From Sedimentisphaerales bacterium (GTDB lineage Bacteria > Planctomycetota > Phycisphaerae > Sedimentisphaerales > Anaerobacaceae): a stretch of DNA of 64,000 nt. The translations under genes and the position numbers were made by a program. The DNA lies in contig JAXGYC010000011.1 in the NCBI GenBank assembly GCA_040772485.1, positions 96,001 through 160,000 of the forward strand. Reading direction: 5' to 3'. Below, in pieces: positions 10,407 to 19,828 of this stretch; the first letter of the stretch is position 1, and each line of letters opens with the position of its first letter. The notes under the pieces were generated by a model that saw only the letters and a list, made by a program, of their open reading frames with translations, was not told where the DNA came from and did no database searches.

Positions 10407-12371
10407 ATGGACAAGGCATTAGCAGATCTGATCAAGATATCGACAACCACAGGCAAGGACCCCGAACTGGTGCTCGGCGGCGGCGGCAACACGTCGGTCA
10501 AGACCGCCGACGGCAGGTATATGTACATCAAGGCCAGCGGCACAGCGCTGAAGGACATGAGCGCCGAACGCGGCTGGCGGCGATTGCGCATCGAATCGGT
10601 GCTGTCGATTCTCACCGACAAGTCGCTCGGAAAGATGGACGCGATCCGACGAGAGACTGAAGTCGTCAACCGGCTGCTGCTCTCCTGTGACGACAACATC
10701 ACGGGCGGCGCACGTCCCTCGGTCGAGGCGCATCTGCACGCTCTGCTCGACACCCATGTGATCCATCTGCATCCGCTCGTGGTGGCGGCCTACGTCAGCG
10801 CCCGGAAGGGACGGGCGGCGCTCGACAAGGTGTTTGCCGACGAACGAATCACACCCCTGTGGGTGCCCTACACCGATCCGGGCTACATGCTGGCCAGGAA
10901 GATCGCCAGACTCGTGGCGGAGTATGAGCAGGAACACGGCCGCAAGCCCAGCGTCTTGTTTTTGGAGAAGCACGGCCTGTTCGTCACCGCCGGCAGCGCC
11001 GACGCGGCGATCCGGCTCGTCAGACAGGTCATCGCCCTCTGCACGAACGGATTGAGACCCCTCAAGAGCGGCAAGGTTGCGCTCGCTTCGGCGGCCAGCA
11101 TCGCCGGGACCAAGCTGGCGATCCGGAAGGCCATCTTCGAAGCCACCGGCCAATACCTGCCGGTCAGCTACTATCCGACGCATGAAGCCGTTGCTGCATT
11201 CATGGCCCACCGCAAGGCGGCCAGACTGCTGGCGACGCCCGCATTGAATCCGGACGAGCTGGTCTACGCCAACGGTTCGGCGATGTGGGTGGAAACGGTT
11301 CGCGCCGAGGCGATTGCCCGGCGGATTCGGTCGCTGGCCCAGCGCGGACAGAAGACCCCGGCGGCGTTCGTCGTCAAGGGTCTGGGGCTGTTCGTCGCGG
11401 CGGAGAAGAACGTGGCCGGACTGATCGCGGACATTACCGACACCAGCCTGAAGGTGCGCATGCACGCGGCCCGGATGGGCGGCGTCCTCGCGCTGACCGC
11501 TCGCGAACAGGACTTCATCAACAACTGGGAATCGGAAGCCTTTCGCAAGAAGCTCGTCAGCAGCGAGGGACCGGGCGAGTTGCTCAATCGCATCGCGATC
11601 GTGAGCGGGGCCGGCAGCGGACTGGGCCGGAGCATTGCCGTCGGCCTGGCGCGAGCGGGAGCCATGGTCGCGCTGGCAGACCTCGACGAAGAGGCCGCCC
11701 TGCAGACCGCCCAGAGGATCGCCGCCGAACGGCCGACGAGCCAGACGATGGTCGTCCCCTGCGATGTCACGAGCGAGGCCGGCGTGCAGAAGGCGTTCGA
11801 GGCGCTGCTGGCTCACTGGGGCGGCCTGGACATCGTGGTCAACGCCGCGGGACTGGCCCCGCCTTACGCGCTGGTGGACATGCCGGTGGACAAGTGGCGG
11901 ATGGCCCTGGAAGTCAACCTGACCGGGTATTTCCTCATGGCCCGTCAGGCGGCGCGCATCCTGATCGAGCAGGGGATCGGAGGCAGCATCATCAATCTCA
12001 GCTCCAAGTCGGGCCTCGACGCCAGCAAGAACAACTCCGCCTACAACGCGACGAAGGCCGGCGAATTGCATCTGGCCCGAGGCTGGGCCCTCGAACTGGG
12101 AGAGCACGGCATTCGCGTCAACTGCGTCGCGCCGGGGAACGTGTTCGAAGGCTCCAGGATCTGGAACCCGGAGTACATCAAGGTCTGCGCGAGAAAATAC
12201 GGGATCAAACCTGAAGAAGTCATCCCCTACTACGTCGGCAAGACGGCGCTGAAGCGGGAGATCAAGGGCCAGGACATCGCCGATGCGATTGTGTTTCTCT
12301 GTTCGGACAAGGCCCGCACGATCACGGGCCAGGTCCTCGTCGCCGACGCCGGCCAGGTCATGGTCAGATAG
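10407..12371 (+). CDS. Bifunctional class II aldolase / short-chain dehydrogenase (RhaEW/RhaD-like fusion)
   Basis: GGGNTS, IKASG, RPSVEAHLH, IHLHP and EKHGL (aldolase II); SGAGSGLG, NAAG and YNATK (SDR). Confidence 0.85.
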   Translation: MDKALADLIKISTTTGKDPELVLGGGGNTSVKTADGRYMYIKASGTALKDMSAERGWRRLRIESVLSILTDKSLGKMDAIRRETEVVNRLLLSCDDNITGGARPSVEAHLHALLDTHVIHLHPLVVAAYVSARKGRAALDKVFADERITPLWVPYTDPGYMLARKIARLVAEYEQEHGRKPSVLFLEKHGLFVTAGSADAAIRLVRQVIALCTNGLRPLKSGKVALASAASIAGTKLAIRKAIFEATGQYLPVSYYPTHEAVAAFMAHRKAARLLATPALNPDELVYANGSAMWVETVRAEAIARRIRSLAQRGQKTPAAFVVKGLGLFVAAEKNVAGLIADITDTSLKVRMHAARMGGVLALTAREQDFINNWESEAFRKKLVSSEGPGELLNRIAIVSGAGSGLGRSIAVGLARAGAMVALADLDEEAALQTAQRIAAERPTSQTMVVPCDVTSEAGVQKAFEALLAHWGGLDIVVNAAGLAPPYALVDMPVDKWRMALEVNLTGYFLMARQAARILIEQGIGGSIINLSSKSGLDASKNNSAYNATKAGELHLARGWALELGEHGIRVNCVAPGNVFEGSRIWNPEYIKVCARKYGIKPEEVIPYYVGKTALKREIKGQDIADAIVFLCSDKARTITGQVLVADAGQVMVR

Positions 12372-12480
12372 CATCCCGGATCGGGAGTTCTGCACTTCGC
12401 GAACGGTGCGCGCCATCGGCGCTGCGTCGTGCCACGTCCGAAAAGAACTGCCCTTCCCACCCATTTTGCCAAGTTTTCTC

Positions 12481-12509
12481 TTGACATTGTTGCCGCGAGC
12501 GTGTAAGAA
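12481..12509 (+). promoter_or_regulatory. sigma70-type promoter with no obvious downstream CDS
   Basis: TTGACA-17 nt-TAAGAA. Confidence 0.55.
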
Positions 12510-13014
12510 GGTGGCGATAACTCACATGGTCCTCACGTATGGAGGAGGCCATTCCTGATCGCCTTGGCGGATTTGGCCGCAGGACCGTGTGTTCAAGGAG
12601 GAGAGCCTCTGGTTGGAGGCAGAGGCATGGTCGCACACGCGAAATGCTTATGGACAGCAGCACTGTCGGCGCTGGGGCCCGCACCGCTTGTGATGCGGAC
12701 GGTAGACCCAGGCTCTTTCGGTGCTCCGTGCAAGGACGATGAAAGGGCGAGGACGACCCCACAAGGCGGTCGTTTCACCTCGCGTCGGGATTCCGGCCAA
12801 TCGTTGCCGGAACGCTACGAGACGCTCGCTTCCAACCCCAGTCCTTCGTCGCCCGGACTCTGCGCCGTCGCTCCCCTTGAGAATCGATCTCCCGCTGCGA
12901 GGGCAGACCGCCGATCCCTTGAAGCTACGCCTTCGGAATCGGTCGCTCCTCACACGCGTCGGACTCGTGGAAAACGATTACCTCGCTCTCTCTCTTACTT
13001 ATCTCTCACTCTCT

Positions 13015-13057
13015 GTTGCGCAGCCCTTCGCACAGGGTGGCTGGAGGGCTGCGCGAC
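13015..13057. other. Strong stem-loop (possible RNA 3' end or terminator) preceded by a CT-rich tract
   Basis: GCGCAGCCCT (13018-13027) pairs with AGGGCTGCGC (13045-13054), extendable with G-U pairs; no U-tract follows. Confidence 0.5.
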
Positions 13058-13369
13058 ACCTTCGTCACCGTCCCGTGAGATGGACGCGCCGGCGATGGAC
13101 AAATGGATCGATGGCGGCAGAGACGGCAGGTGGCGGCCCGAAAAGGTGCAGACGCCCCACCGCCGGTCACTGTCGATGAACTGTGCTGATTTCTTATTCC
13201 CATAGCCCCGCACCGTGGCAATCCAGGGGCCCACAGAGCGTGCTCCCACACGACGTGGGGGCGCCTTCTGAGGACTCGCCTCTTGTAGACGATGGCCTTC
13301 GTGGCCTCTGGGTTGCCCTTTTCTCTTTCCTCCCTGAGCATCCTGCGGCACGCATGGTCCCACAGCGTC

Positions 13370-14677
13370 TCAAAGCCAGTGACGCAACAGGTAGGCCATG
13401 TATTGAAGCGCCTTCTGCCACCAGGGACGTCGACGATGCGTCCCAAGAGCAACCTCCTGGCAACAGGCGATATCGGCCAGCGTCCGGTCCCGCAGTCGGA
13501 TCGCGGCATCCGCATCGGCGACCACCGCCACACTTTCCAGTTGGTGCAGCAGGCTGCGGCGGTCGAAATTGTAGCTGCCGACAATCAACCACGCGTCGTC
13601 GATGACGGCGGTCTTGGCGTGCAACACGCTGAGGGGCCACTCGAACAGGTGAACGCCACCCTTGAGAAGCCGATCGTACAGCCAGCGCGTGGCCCAGGTC
13701 ACGATGGGCACGTCGCTGCGGGCGCCGACCACGACACCGACAAACACGCCGCGTCGGGCCGCTCTGACCAGCGCCCGGCGGACCGCCCGACTGGGAATGA
13801 AATAAGCGTTTTCGATCAGAACGTAACGCTGCGCGCCGCAGATGGCCCGAACATAAGCGCGGTGAATCTGTCGGCGACGTCGCAGAATCTCGTTGCCGAC
13901 GATGCTCACTGGAATCGCCACTTCTTCGCCCAGGCGGCCGGATGGTCGATCCTTGCGATCGGCCAAGGCCATCATCCGCCGCCGAACGCTCGACTTGAGT
14001 CGATGTCTGCGCTTCAGCGTCTTGTCGTAGGGCGTGGCTCGCCGCCACCCGTAGTGGAACAGATCAAGCATCTCGGCGGCCACTTCCGCACCGTCCAGGC
14101 GAACCTGTGTGTCGCGCCATTCCGGGCCGCCGTCGAGGGCGCCTTTGTATTCGTCGCCGATGTTCAGGCCGCCGGTAAAGGAGACCTGGTCGTCACCAAT
14201 GAGGATCTTGCGATGGTCGCGGTGACTGAGCGCCCAGATCGAGCGGCGCCAAACCAACGGGTTATAGGCCCGCACCGATACGCCGGTATCGAGGAGTTCG
14301 CGAATGAAAGGTCCGGGCAGCGTGAGCGACCCAAACCAGTCATACAGCAGACGAACGCGGACCCCGCGCAGCGCCGCGCGGATCAGCGCCTCCTGAAAGA
14401 CCCGGCCCGTCTCATCGGCCCGCAGGATATACGTCTCCAGCTCGACGTGATCGGCAGCCGAGTCGATGGCGCCGAGCATTTCGGGGTACGCCTCCGAGGC
14501 CCCGAGCAACACGTGCACCCCTGTGGCCGAGACAAATCGCATGTCTCGCCGGCCATAGCGCCGCACGACTCGACGCTCCGCCGACCTTGGCGCAGGGGGA
14601 CCTGAAACCACCTGCCGCCGGATTTCCTGTGCCCTCTCACACGCCAGGCCTTGCTCGCAATCGCCCCCCGTTGCCAT
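13370..14677 (-). CDS. Cardiolipin synthase ClsB-like phospholipase D
   Basis: Two HKD motifs (HRKILIGD..GGLNIGDEY and HAKTAVID..GSYNFD); GAGGAG RBS before 14677; alternative start at 14542. Confidence 0.85.
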   Translation of the reverse strand: MATGGDCEQGLACERAQEIRRQVVSGPPAPRSAERRVVRRYGRRDMRFVSATGVHVLLGASEAYPEMLGAIDSAADHVELETYILRADETGRVFQEALIRAALRGVRVRLLYDWFGSLTLPGPFIRELLDTGVSVRAYNPLVWRRSIWALSHRDHRKILIGDDQVSFTGGLNIGDEYKGALDGGPEWRDTQVRLDGAEVAAEMLDLFHYGWRRATPYDKTLKRRHRLKSSVRRRMMALADRKDRPSGRLGEEVAIPVSIVGNEILRRRRQIHRAYVRAICGAQRYVLIENAYFIPSRAVRRALVRAARRGVFVGVVVGARSDVPIVTWATRWLYDRLLKGGVHLFEWPLSVLHAKTAVIDDAWLIVGSYNFDRRSLLHQLESVAVVADADAAIRLRDRTLADIACCQEVALGTHRRRPWWQKALQYMAYLLRHWL

Positions 14678-14686
14678 CGGTTCTCC

Positions 14687-15724
14687 TCACTTGCGGTAGA
14701 GCTCCGGATCGGTCAGGACACGGAAGAACTCCTTGCGGCACTCCATCAGATCGGTCTGAGCCTTAGGAATCTCCAGCACATCCCCCGGCTGCCTTTCAGC
14801 TATCTCGACAAAATCGGTAGCCGGACCGCGCCACACCGCCTCGCGCACCTTCACGCCTTTCCAGCATTTCGGATGGTACAGCCAGACGAGCGGCGCGCCG
14901 TCGCCCAACTGATTCGCCCGGCCCAGGTCCGTCCGGATGAATCGCTTCATATCCTGCGTAAACGGATTGTCCGGCAGCACGTCGAAATGCTCGGCGGTGA
15001 ACACCGAGTCTTTGTCCCAGAAAGAGCGGGTGGCCCACTCCACCAGTGGCGCCTTCTTGGCGACGATGTAGGTGCTCCAGCCATCTTTGCCGTTGTAGCC
15101 GTAATAGCTCACCGTCAATCCAAAGACGACGACGTTCGGCGCGATCTCCGGATCGGTCAGCAGCGCGTTGGCCACGGTCGTCAGGGGACCGCCGACCACG
15201 ATCACCAGCGGCCTGGCGCGCGAAGCCTTGCGCGCCTCGGCCACGATCAACCGGCTACCGGGCGTCTCCTGAGCAGCGGTGTCCTCGATCCGCCCGCTGG
15301 CCGGCCGCTCCAGAACACGGTCCGACACGAGCGTCAGGTCGGGAATATGGCACAGCCCGCTGTCTCGGGCCAGTTTCAGGGCCTTGTTCGCATCGTCGAC
15401 GCACTGCTGCATCTTGTAGTGATAACCCTTCTGCCAGTCCCACATGTCGAGGGAAACGATGTTCCCTCGCAGATCGGCCCTGCCCAGGCTCGCCTGGGCC
15501 CAGAGGTAGTTGTTGTCGAACACATCGAACCACCAGTCGTTGTCGTAGATGATCGGGCTATCGGGGCCGACACCTCTGAGGCGAACGCCCTGCTCGGTCA
15601 CCGCATGTTCCGGCACAATGCCGAACGCCGTCGCGAACGAGGTCACGCCAACCAGCATAAGGACCGCCAACGCGCGCAATACAGACAGTCCCACCCGGTC
15701 CGGTGATCGAGTTCTACGCATCAT
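14687..15724 (-). CDS. Secreted nucleoside-hydrolase-like fold protein
   Basis: Signal peptide, IIYDNDWWFDVFD Asp cluster, VVGGPLTTVANALLTDPEI and LGDG. Confidence 0.55.
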   Translation of the reverse strand: MMRRTRSPDRVGLSVLRALAVLMLVGVTSFATAFGIVPEHAVTEQGVRLRGVGPDSPIIYDNDWWFDVFDNNYLWAQASLGRADLRGNIVSLDMWDWQKGYHYKMQQCVDDANKALKLARDSGLCHIPDLTLVSDRVLERPASGRIEDTAAQETPGSRLIVAEARKASRARPLVIVVGGPLTTVANALLTDPEIAPNVVVFGLTVSYYGYNGKDGWSTYIVAKKAPLVEWATRSFWDKDSVFTAEHFDVLPDNPFTQDMKRFIRTDLGRANQLGDGAPLVWLYHPKCWKGVKVREAVWRGPATDFVEIAERQPGDVLEIPKAQTDLMECRKEFFRVLTDPELYRK

Positions 15725-15743
15725 CGTGCCTCACGCCTTCTCT

Positions 15744-17222
15744 TCAGAATCCCTGGCGGGCGCCGGGGACAGGGTAGTTCCTGGCCGCATCGTCGAGGAC
15801 GAGGACCCAGTCGAGCATCTCGCCTTTGTCCGGCGGCGTGAACTGTCGGTGGCCCGAATTGGCAAACTCGCCGATAACGGTCGCCTGGCCGTTGCGCGGG
15901 TTGTACCACCAGGCCCTGACCTTGGCGCCCTTGATCACGTCCATGCGGACCGCGAATGTCCGGCCGATGGGGACATAGACCATCGCATACGATCCCTCGG
16001 TGTCTCGGGTGCCGACGAATCGGTATCGGCCCGCCCCCGGCACGGAGGTCGGGACGCGGTCCGTCACAATGACCGAATCATCGGGAACCCGTGTCAGGAA
16101 CGGACGCGATTCGATGAGCCGGCGACCATACTGCATCTGGCCGGCGCCTGGCTGGTCGATGGCCTCATACCACGGCATCAGCGGATTGTTGATCGGCCCG
16201 CGGCCCGGCTGCCACATCTGCCAGACGGAATGGTGGCCGTAGGTATGACCGAAGGCCCCGGTGAACAGGTCCCAATAGAGTGGCCGACGGACGTCGGACG
16301 AGATCGAGTGGCCCAGGTCCCGAGCTCGAAACGAAACTGGATGATCCTCGTAGATAGGCTCGCCGTCGATGACCGGCTTGACCGGCGTGCGGTCGTAGTC
16401 GGCCCGCGTATTCTGAAAACCCTCGTTGAATTTGACGTTGTGCCCGTTCTGTCGCATGTTGAAATCGAGCCAGTCGTCGTTGTGGAAATAGTCTGCCGAA
16501 CCGCCCCCGCCGCGCGGATGGAATGTGATCAGATGCGCGCCGCCGTCACCAGCGGCAAGCCCGCGCGCCATGGCCCGAATGACTTCCTTCTGTTCATCGT
16601 TTTCGATGGTACGGTCGCCGCCCAGGATCCAGATCAGATGCTTGTCCCGGTGCCGCCGCCCGAGCCACCGGCCGTACGTCTCGGCGTTCTGGACGGTGAA
16701 CAGCGGCTTGCCGTCCTTGACGTTGTCGTGCCAGTAGCGGCCCCACGTCGGCAGAAAGCCGATGTACAGACCCAGCGAGTTGGCCTTGTCCACGATGTAG
16801 TCCACGTGGTCCCAGTAGTCGTTGTTTGGACCGTCGTTGATGGCCGGCCGGGCGGGATCGAGGTCAACCAGCGGCAGGTGTCCGTAGGGATTGGGGTCGC
16901 GGTGTCCGTCCACTTCGGCCAGGGCGACCGCCTGGATGACCGTGAAGCCCTTCGCGGAGCGGTTCTCCAGGTACTTGTCTGCCTCCTCGCGATTGAGCCG
17001 ATGGAACAGCTCCCAGGCGGTGTCGCCCAGATAGAAGAACGGCGTCCCGTCGGCATAGACCAGAAACCGCTTGTTCTCGGAGACCTTCAAAGGCCCGTGT
17101 CGGAAATCCGCAGAGGCCTTGGCAACGCCTGATGCACACAGGCCGCACACCATGCAGGCGGCAAGCCATAAGAACCTGCGAATACTCCGGTTCCCGCGCG
17201 AATCAATGTTCGAATGGCTCAT
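15744..17222 (-). CDS. GH140 (DUF4038 plus collagen-binding-like domain) putative apiosidase
   Basis: Signal peptide, [47 protein letters not shown] and DWVLVL. Confidence 0.85.
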   Translation of the reverse strand: MSHSNIDSRGNRSIRRFLWLAACMVCGLCASGVAKASADFRHGPLKVSENKRFLVYADGTPFFYLGDTAWELFHRLNREEADKYLENRSAKGFTVIQAVALAEVDGHRDPNPYGHLPLVDLDPARPAINDGPNNDYWDHVDYIVDKANSLGLYIGFLPTWGRYWHDNVKDGKPLFTVQNAETYGRWLGRRHRDKHLIWILGGDRTIENDEQKEVIRAMARGLAAGDGGAHLITFHPRGGGGSADYFHNDDWLDFNMRQNGHNVKFNEGFQNTRADYDRTPVKPVIDGEPIYEDHPVSFRARDLGHSISSDVRRPLYWDLFTGAFGHTYGHHSVWQMWQPGRGPINNPLMPWYEAIDQPGAGQMQYGRRLIESRPFLTRVPDDSVIVTDRVPTSVPGAGRYRFVGTRDTEGSYAMVYVPIGRTFAVRMDVIKGAKVRAWWYNPRNGQATVIGEFANSGHRQFTPPDKGEMLDWVLVLDDAARNYPVPGARQGF

Positions 17223-17398
17223 TTCCTACTCCTCTGCAGGGATTCAATTCCGGCCCGGGCTCTTCCAGACCATGGCCCTCGATTGTAACCGTCTTCAGAG
17301 AATGCGCCAAATGCGGGTCCCGCGGCGCGAATGGAGGCTCCTTGTGCAACGAAACAGCGTCCCGGACGCGGCAATCGGACGGTCGAAAAAAACCGCGA

Positions 17399-17442
17399 AT
17401 CACACGTGTGATGTTGTCGCAAGCACTGAAACCTGCTATATT
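17399..17442 (+). promoter_or_regulatory. sigma70 promoter of the E1/E2/isomerase operon with an adjacent 14-bp palindrome
   Basis: ATCACACGTGTGAT (17399-17412), then TTGTCG-17 nt-TATATT with an extended -10 TG. Confidence 0.55.
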
Positions 17443-17528
17443 ATGCGTCTTTTACGCAGCCAAGAGGAGGCCTCCGCCGCCTGCGGCGGGGCTACGGCCG
17501 CGAAACAGTCCAGTACAGGAGTCGTTGT

Positions 17529-19775
17529 ATGGAATACGCTATCGAGGATACGCGCAAACAGCCCGTACCCAAGGTAAAGGACCTGATTGGCAAGGGCTTC
17601 ATCACACTGGAAACGGCCAGGGACTGGCTCAGGACCATGTATGAGATCCGATTCTTCGAGGAGAAGGTCTTCGACCTGCTGGGCCAGAACATCATCAAAG
17701 GCGCATCCCACCTGTACGCGGGCGAAGAGGCGGTAGCCACCGGCGCCATCGCGGCCATCGAACGCGGCGACGTGATCGGCTCGACCCATCGGGGCCACGG
17801 CCATTGCGGGGCGATCGGCAACAAGTACGCCGACGGGGACGGCGCCCGCCAGAACCACTGGAACGCCATGATGGCCGAGCTGATGGGCAAGGAGACCGGC
17901 TACTGCAAAGGTCGTGGCGGCTCCATGCACATCGCCGAGGTCGAGCGTCAGAACAACCTCGGCTCCACCGGCATCGTCGGCGGCAACCAACCTCCGGCCG
18001 TCGGAGCGGCCCTGGCGGAGAAGTGCAAGAAGTCCGGCCGCGTCGTCCTGTCCTTCTTCGGCGACGGGTCGACCAACACCGGCACATTCCATGAATCGAT
18101 GAACATGGCCTCGACGCTCAAGGTCCCGCTGGTGGCGATCATCGAAAACAACCTCTACGGGATGAGCGTGCCGTTTTCCGGAAGCGAAGTCGAGGGGACG
18201 CTGTGCGCCAGCAACATCGAAGACATCGCCGTCCGGGCGAAGGCGTACAACGTGCCGGGAATGATCGTCGACGGTCAGGACCCGGCCGCGATCTTCCTCG
18301 CGGTGCGAAAAGCGGTCGAGCGGGCCCGCAAAGAGAACCTGATGACAATGATCGAGGCCAAGACCTACCGCTGGTACGGCCACAGTCGGAGCGATCCGAG
18401 GGCGTATCGAACCAAGGCAGAGGAAAAGGCCTGGCACGAGCGCGACCCGATCACCGTCTGGCGGAACAAGCTCACCTCTGAGGGGCTTTGCACCGAGGCG
18501 GAGCTGGACACCATCAAAGACGCTGCTTTCAACGCCATCGAGACCGCCACGCAGTTCGCGATTGACAGTCCCTGGCCGAATGGGGCGGACGTCGCCAAGG
18601 ACGTCTACGTCGAGGAGACGTATCCGGCCGATCTGATCGAAAAGGAAAAGGCGACCAGCGCCAGAGTCACGGAGGCCTCGCAGGTCTTCGAAGCAGCGCT
18701 GGCATCGTCTACTGCCAAGACCAAGAAGGAGCGCACCGAAGAGGCCAGCGGCGCGGTCAAGTCGCAGTTTGGCATGGACGTGATGACGATCGGGCAGGCC
18801 GTTGCGGCCGCCCAGGCGGAGGAGATGCGGCGCGACGAGCGCGTGTTCCTCTTCGGCGAGGATGTCGGCCTTTACGGCGGCGCTTATCAGGCGACGCGCG
18901 GCCTTCTAACGGAATTCGGAACGGACCGTGTGATCGACACGGCGATTTCCGAGGCGGCGATAGCCGGTGCGGCGGTCGGAGCGGCCCTGCGCGGCATGCG
19001 CCCCATCGCCGAGATCATGTACGTCGATTTCGTCACCATCGCGATGGACCAGTTGGTCCACGTCGGCGCCTACAATCGCTATATGTTCGGCGGCAAGGCG
19101 AAGGTGCCGATGGTCCTGCGGACCGAAGGGGGCGTCGGGCGATGCATCGCCGCCCACCATTCCGAGTCGCTGGAGGCCTGGCTGATGCACACGCCGGGCC
19201 TCTACGTCGTGATGCCTTCCACGCCCTATGATGCCAAGGGGCTGCTCAAGGCCGCCATTCGCAGCGAGAACCCCGTGGTCTTCATCGAACACAAGGCCAC
19301 GTACGGTCAGGTCGGCCCGGTGCCGACGGACGATTACATCATTCCTCTGGGCGTCGCGGACATCAAGCGGCCGGGCAACGACGCAACAATCGTCAGCTAC
19401 AGCCGCATGGCGATGCTCTCCCTCGAAGCTGCCAAGGTCCTGGCCGACCAGCACAGGATCGATGCGGAGGTGATCGACGTTCGCACGCTCAAGCCGCTCG
19501 ACATGAAGACCATCGCCGAGTCGGTGAAGAAGACCGGACGACTGATTACGGTCAGTGAAGGCTTCGGCTGGTGCGGCGCCGGACGAGAGATCGCCGGGCA
19601 GTTCATGGAATACGACTTCGGCGACGGCTCGCGCGGCTTCGACTACCTCGACTGCCGGCCGATCAACATGGCAGCGCTGGACGTGCCGCCACCGATGAGC
19701 GAGCCGCTGGAGAACGCGAGCATTCCCAGCGTCGAGCGGATCGTTGCCGCCGTCAAGCAATCCGTCGGCCAGTGA
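17529..19775 (+). CDS. Fused E1 alpha/beta TPP-dependent 2-oxoacid/acetoin dehydrogenase
   Basis: HLYAGEEA, STHRGHGH, GRGGSMH, GDG..ENN TPP motif and YRWYGHS (alpha); GEDVG, DTAISE, EIMYVDF and DVRTLKPLD (beta). Confidence 0.9.
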   Translation: MEYAIEDTRKQPVPKVKDLIGKGFITLETARDWLRTMYEIRFFEEKVFDLLGQNIIKGASHLYAGEEAVATGAIAAIERGDVIGSTHRGHGHCGAIGNKYADGDGARQNHWNAMMAELMGKETGYCKGRGGSMHIAEVERQNNLGSTGIVGGNQPPAVGAALAEKCKKSGRVVLSFFGDGSTNTGTFHESMNMASTLKVPLVAIIENNLYGMSVPFSGSEVEGTLCASNIEDIAVRAKAYNVPGMIVDGQDPAAIFLAVRKAVERARKENLMTMIEAKTYRWYGHSRSDPRAYRTKAEEKAWHERDPITVWRNKLTSEGLCTEAELDTIKDAAFNAIETATQFAIDSPWPNGADVAKDVYVEETYPADLIEKEKATSARVTEASQVFEAALASSTAKTKKERTEEASGAVKSQFGMDVMTIGQAVAAAQAEEMRRDERVFLFGEDVGLYGGAYQATRGLLTEFGTDRVIDTAISEAAIAGAAVGAALRGMRPIAEIMYVDFVTIAMDQLVHVGAYNRYMFGGKAKVPMVLRTEGGVGRCIAAHHSESLEAWLMHTPGLYVVMPSTPYDAKGLLKAAIRSENPVVFIEHKATYGQVGPVPTDDYIIPLGVADIKRPGNDATIVSYSRMAMLSLEAAKVLADQHRIDAEVIDVRTLKPLDMKTIAESVKKTGRLITVSEGFGWCGAGREIAGQFMEYDFGDGSRGFDYLDCRPINMAALDVPPPMSEPLENASIPSVERIVAAVKQSVGQ

Positions 19776-19828
19776 CGGCGTGGGCGCAGGGACAGGACGT
19801 TATCAAGCACAGGAACGGGGACGATTCG

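Noticed and set aside
12564..13205. 213-aa ORF (possible ATG at 12627 after GGAGG) in the intergenic region
   Set aside because: Low-complexity S/R/P-rich sequence with no domain, and the RBS lies inside a hairpin; not called as a CDS, though not excluded
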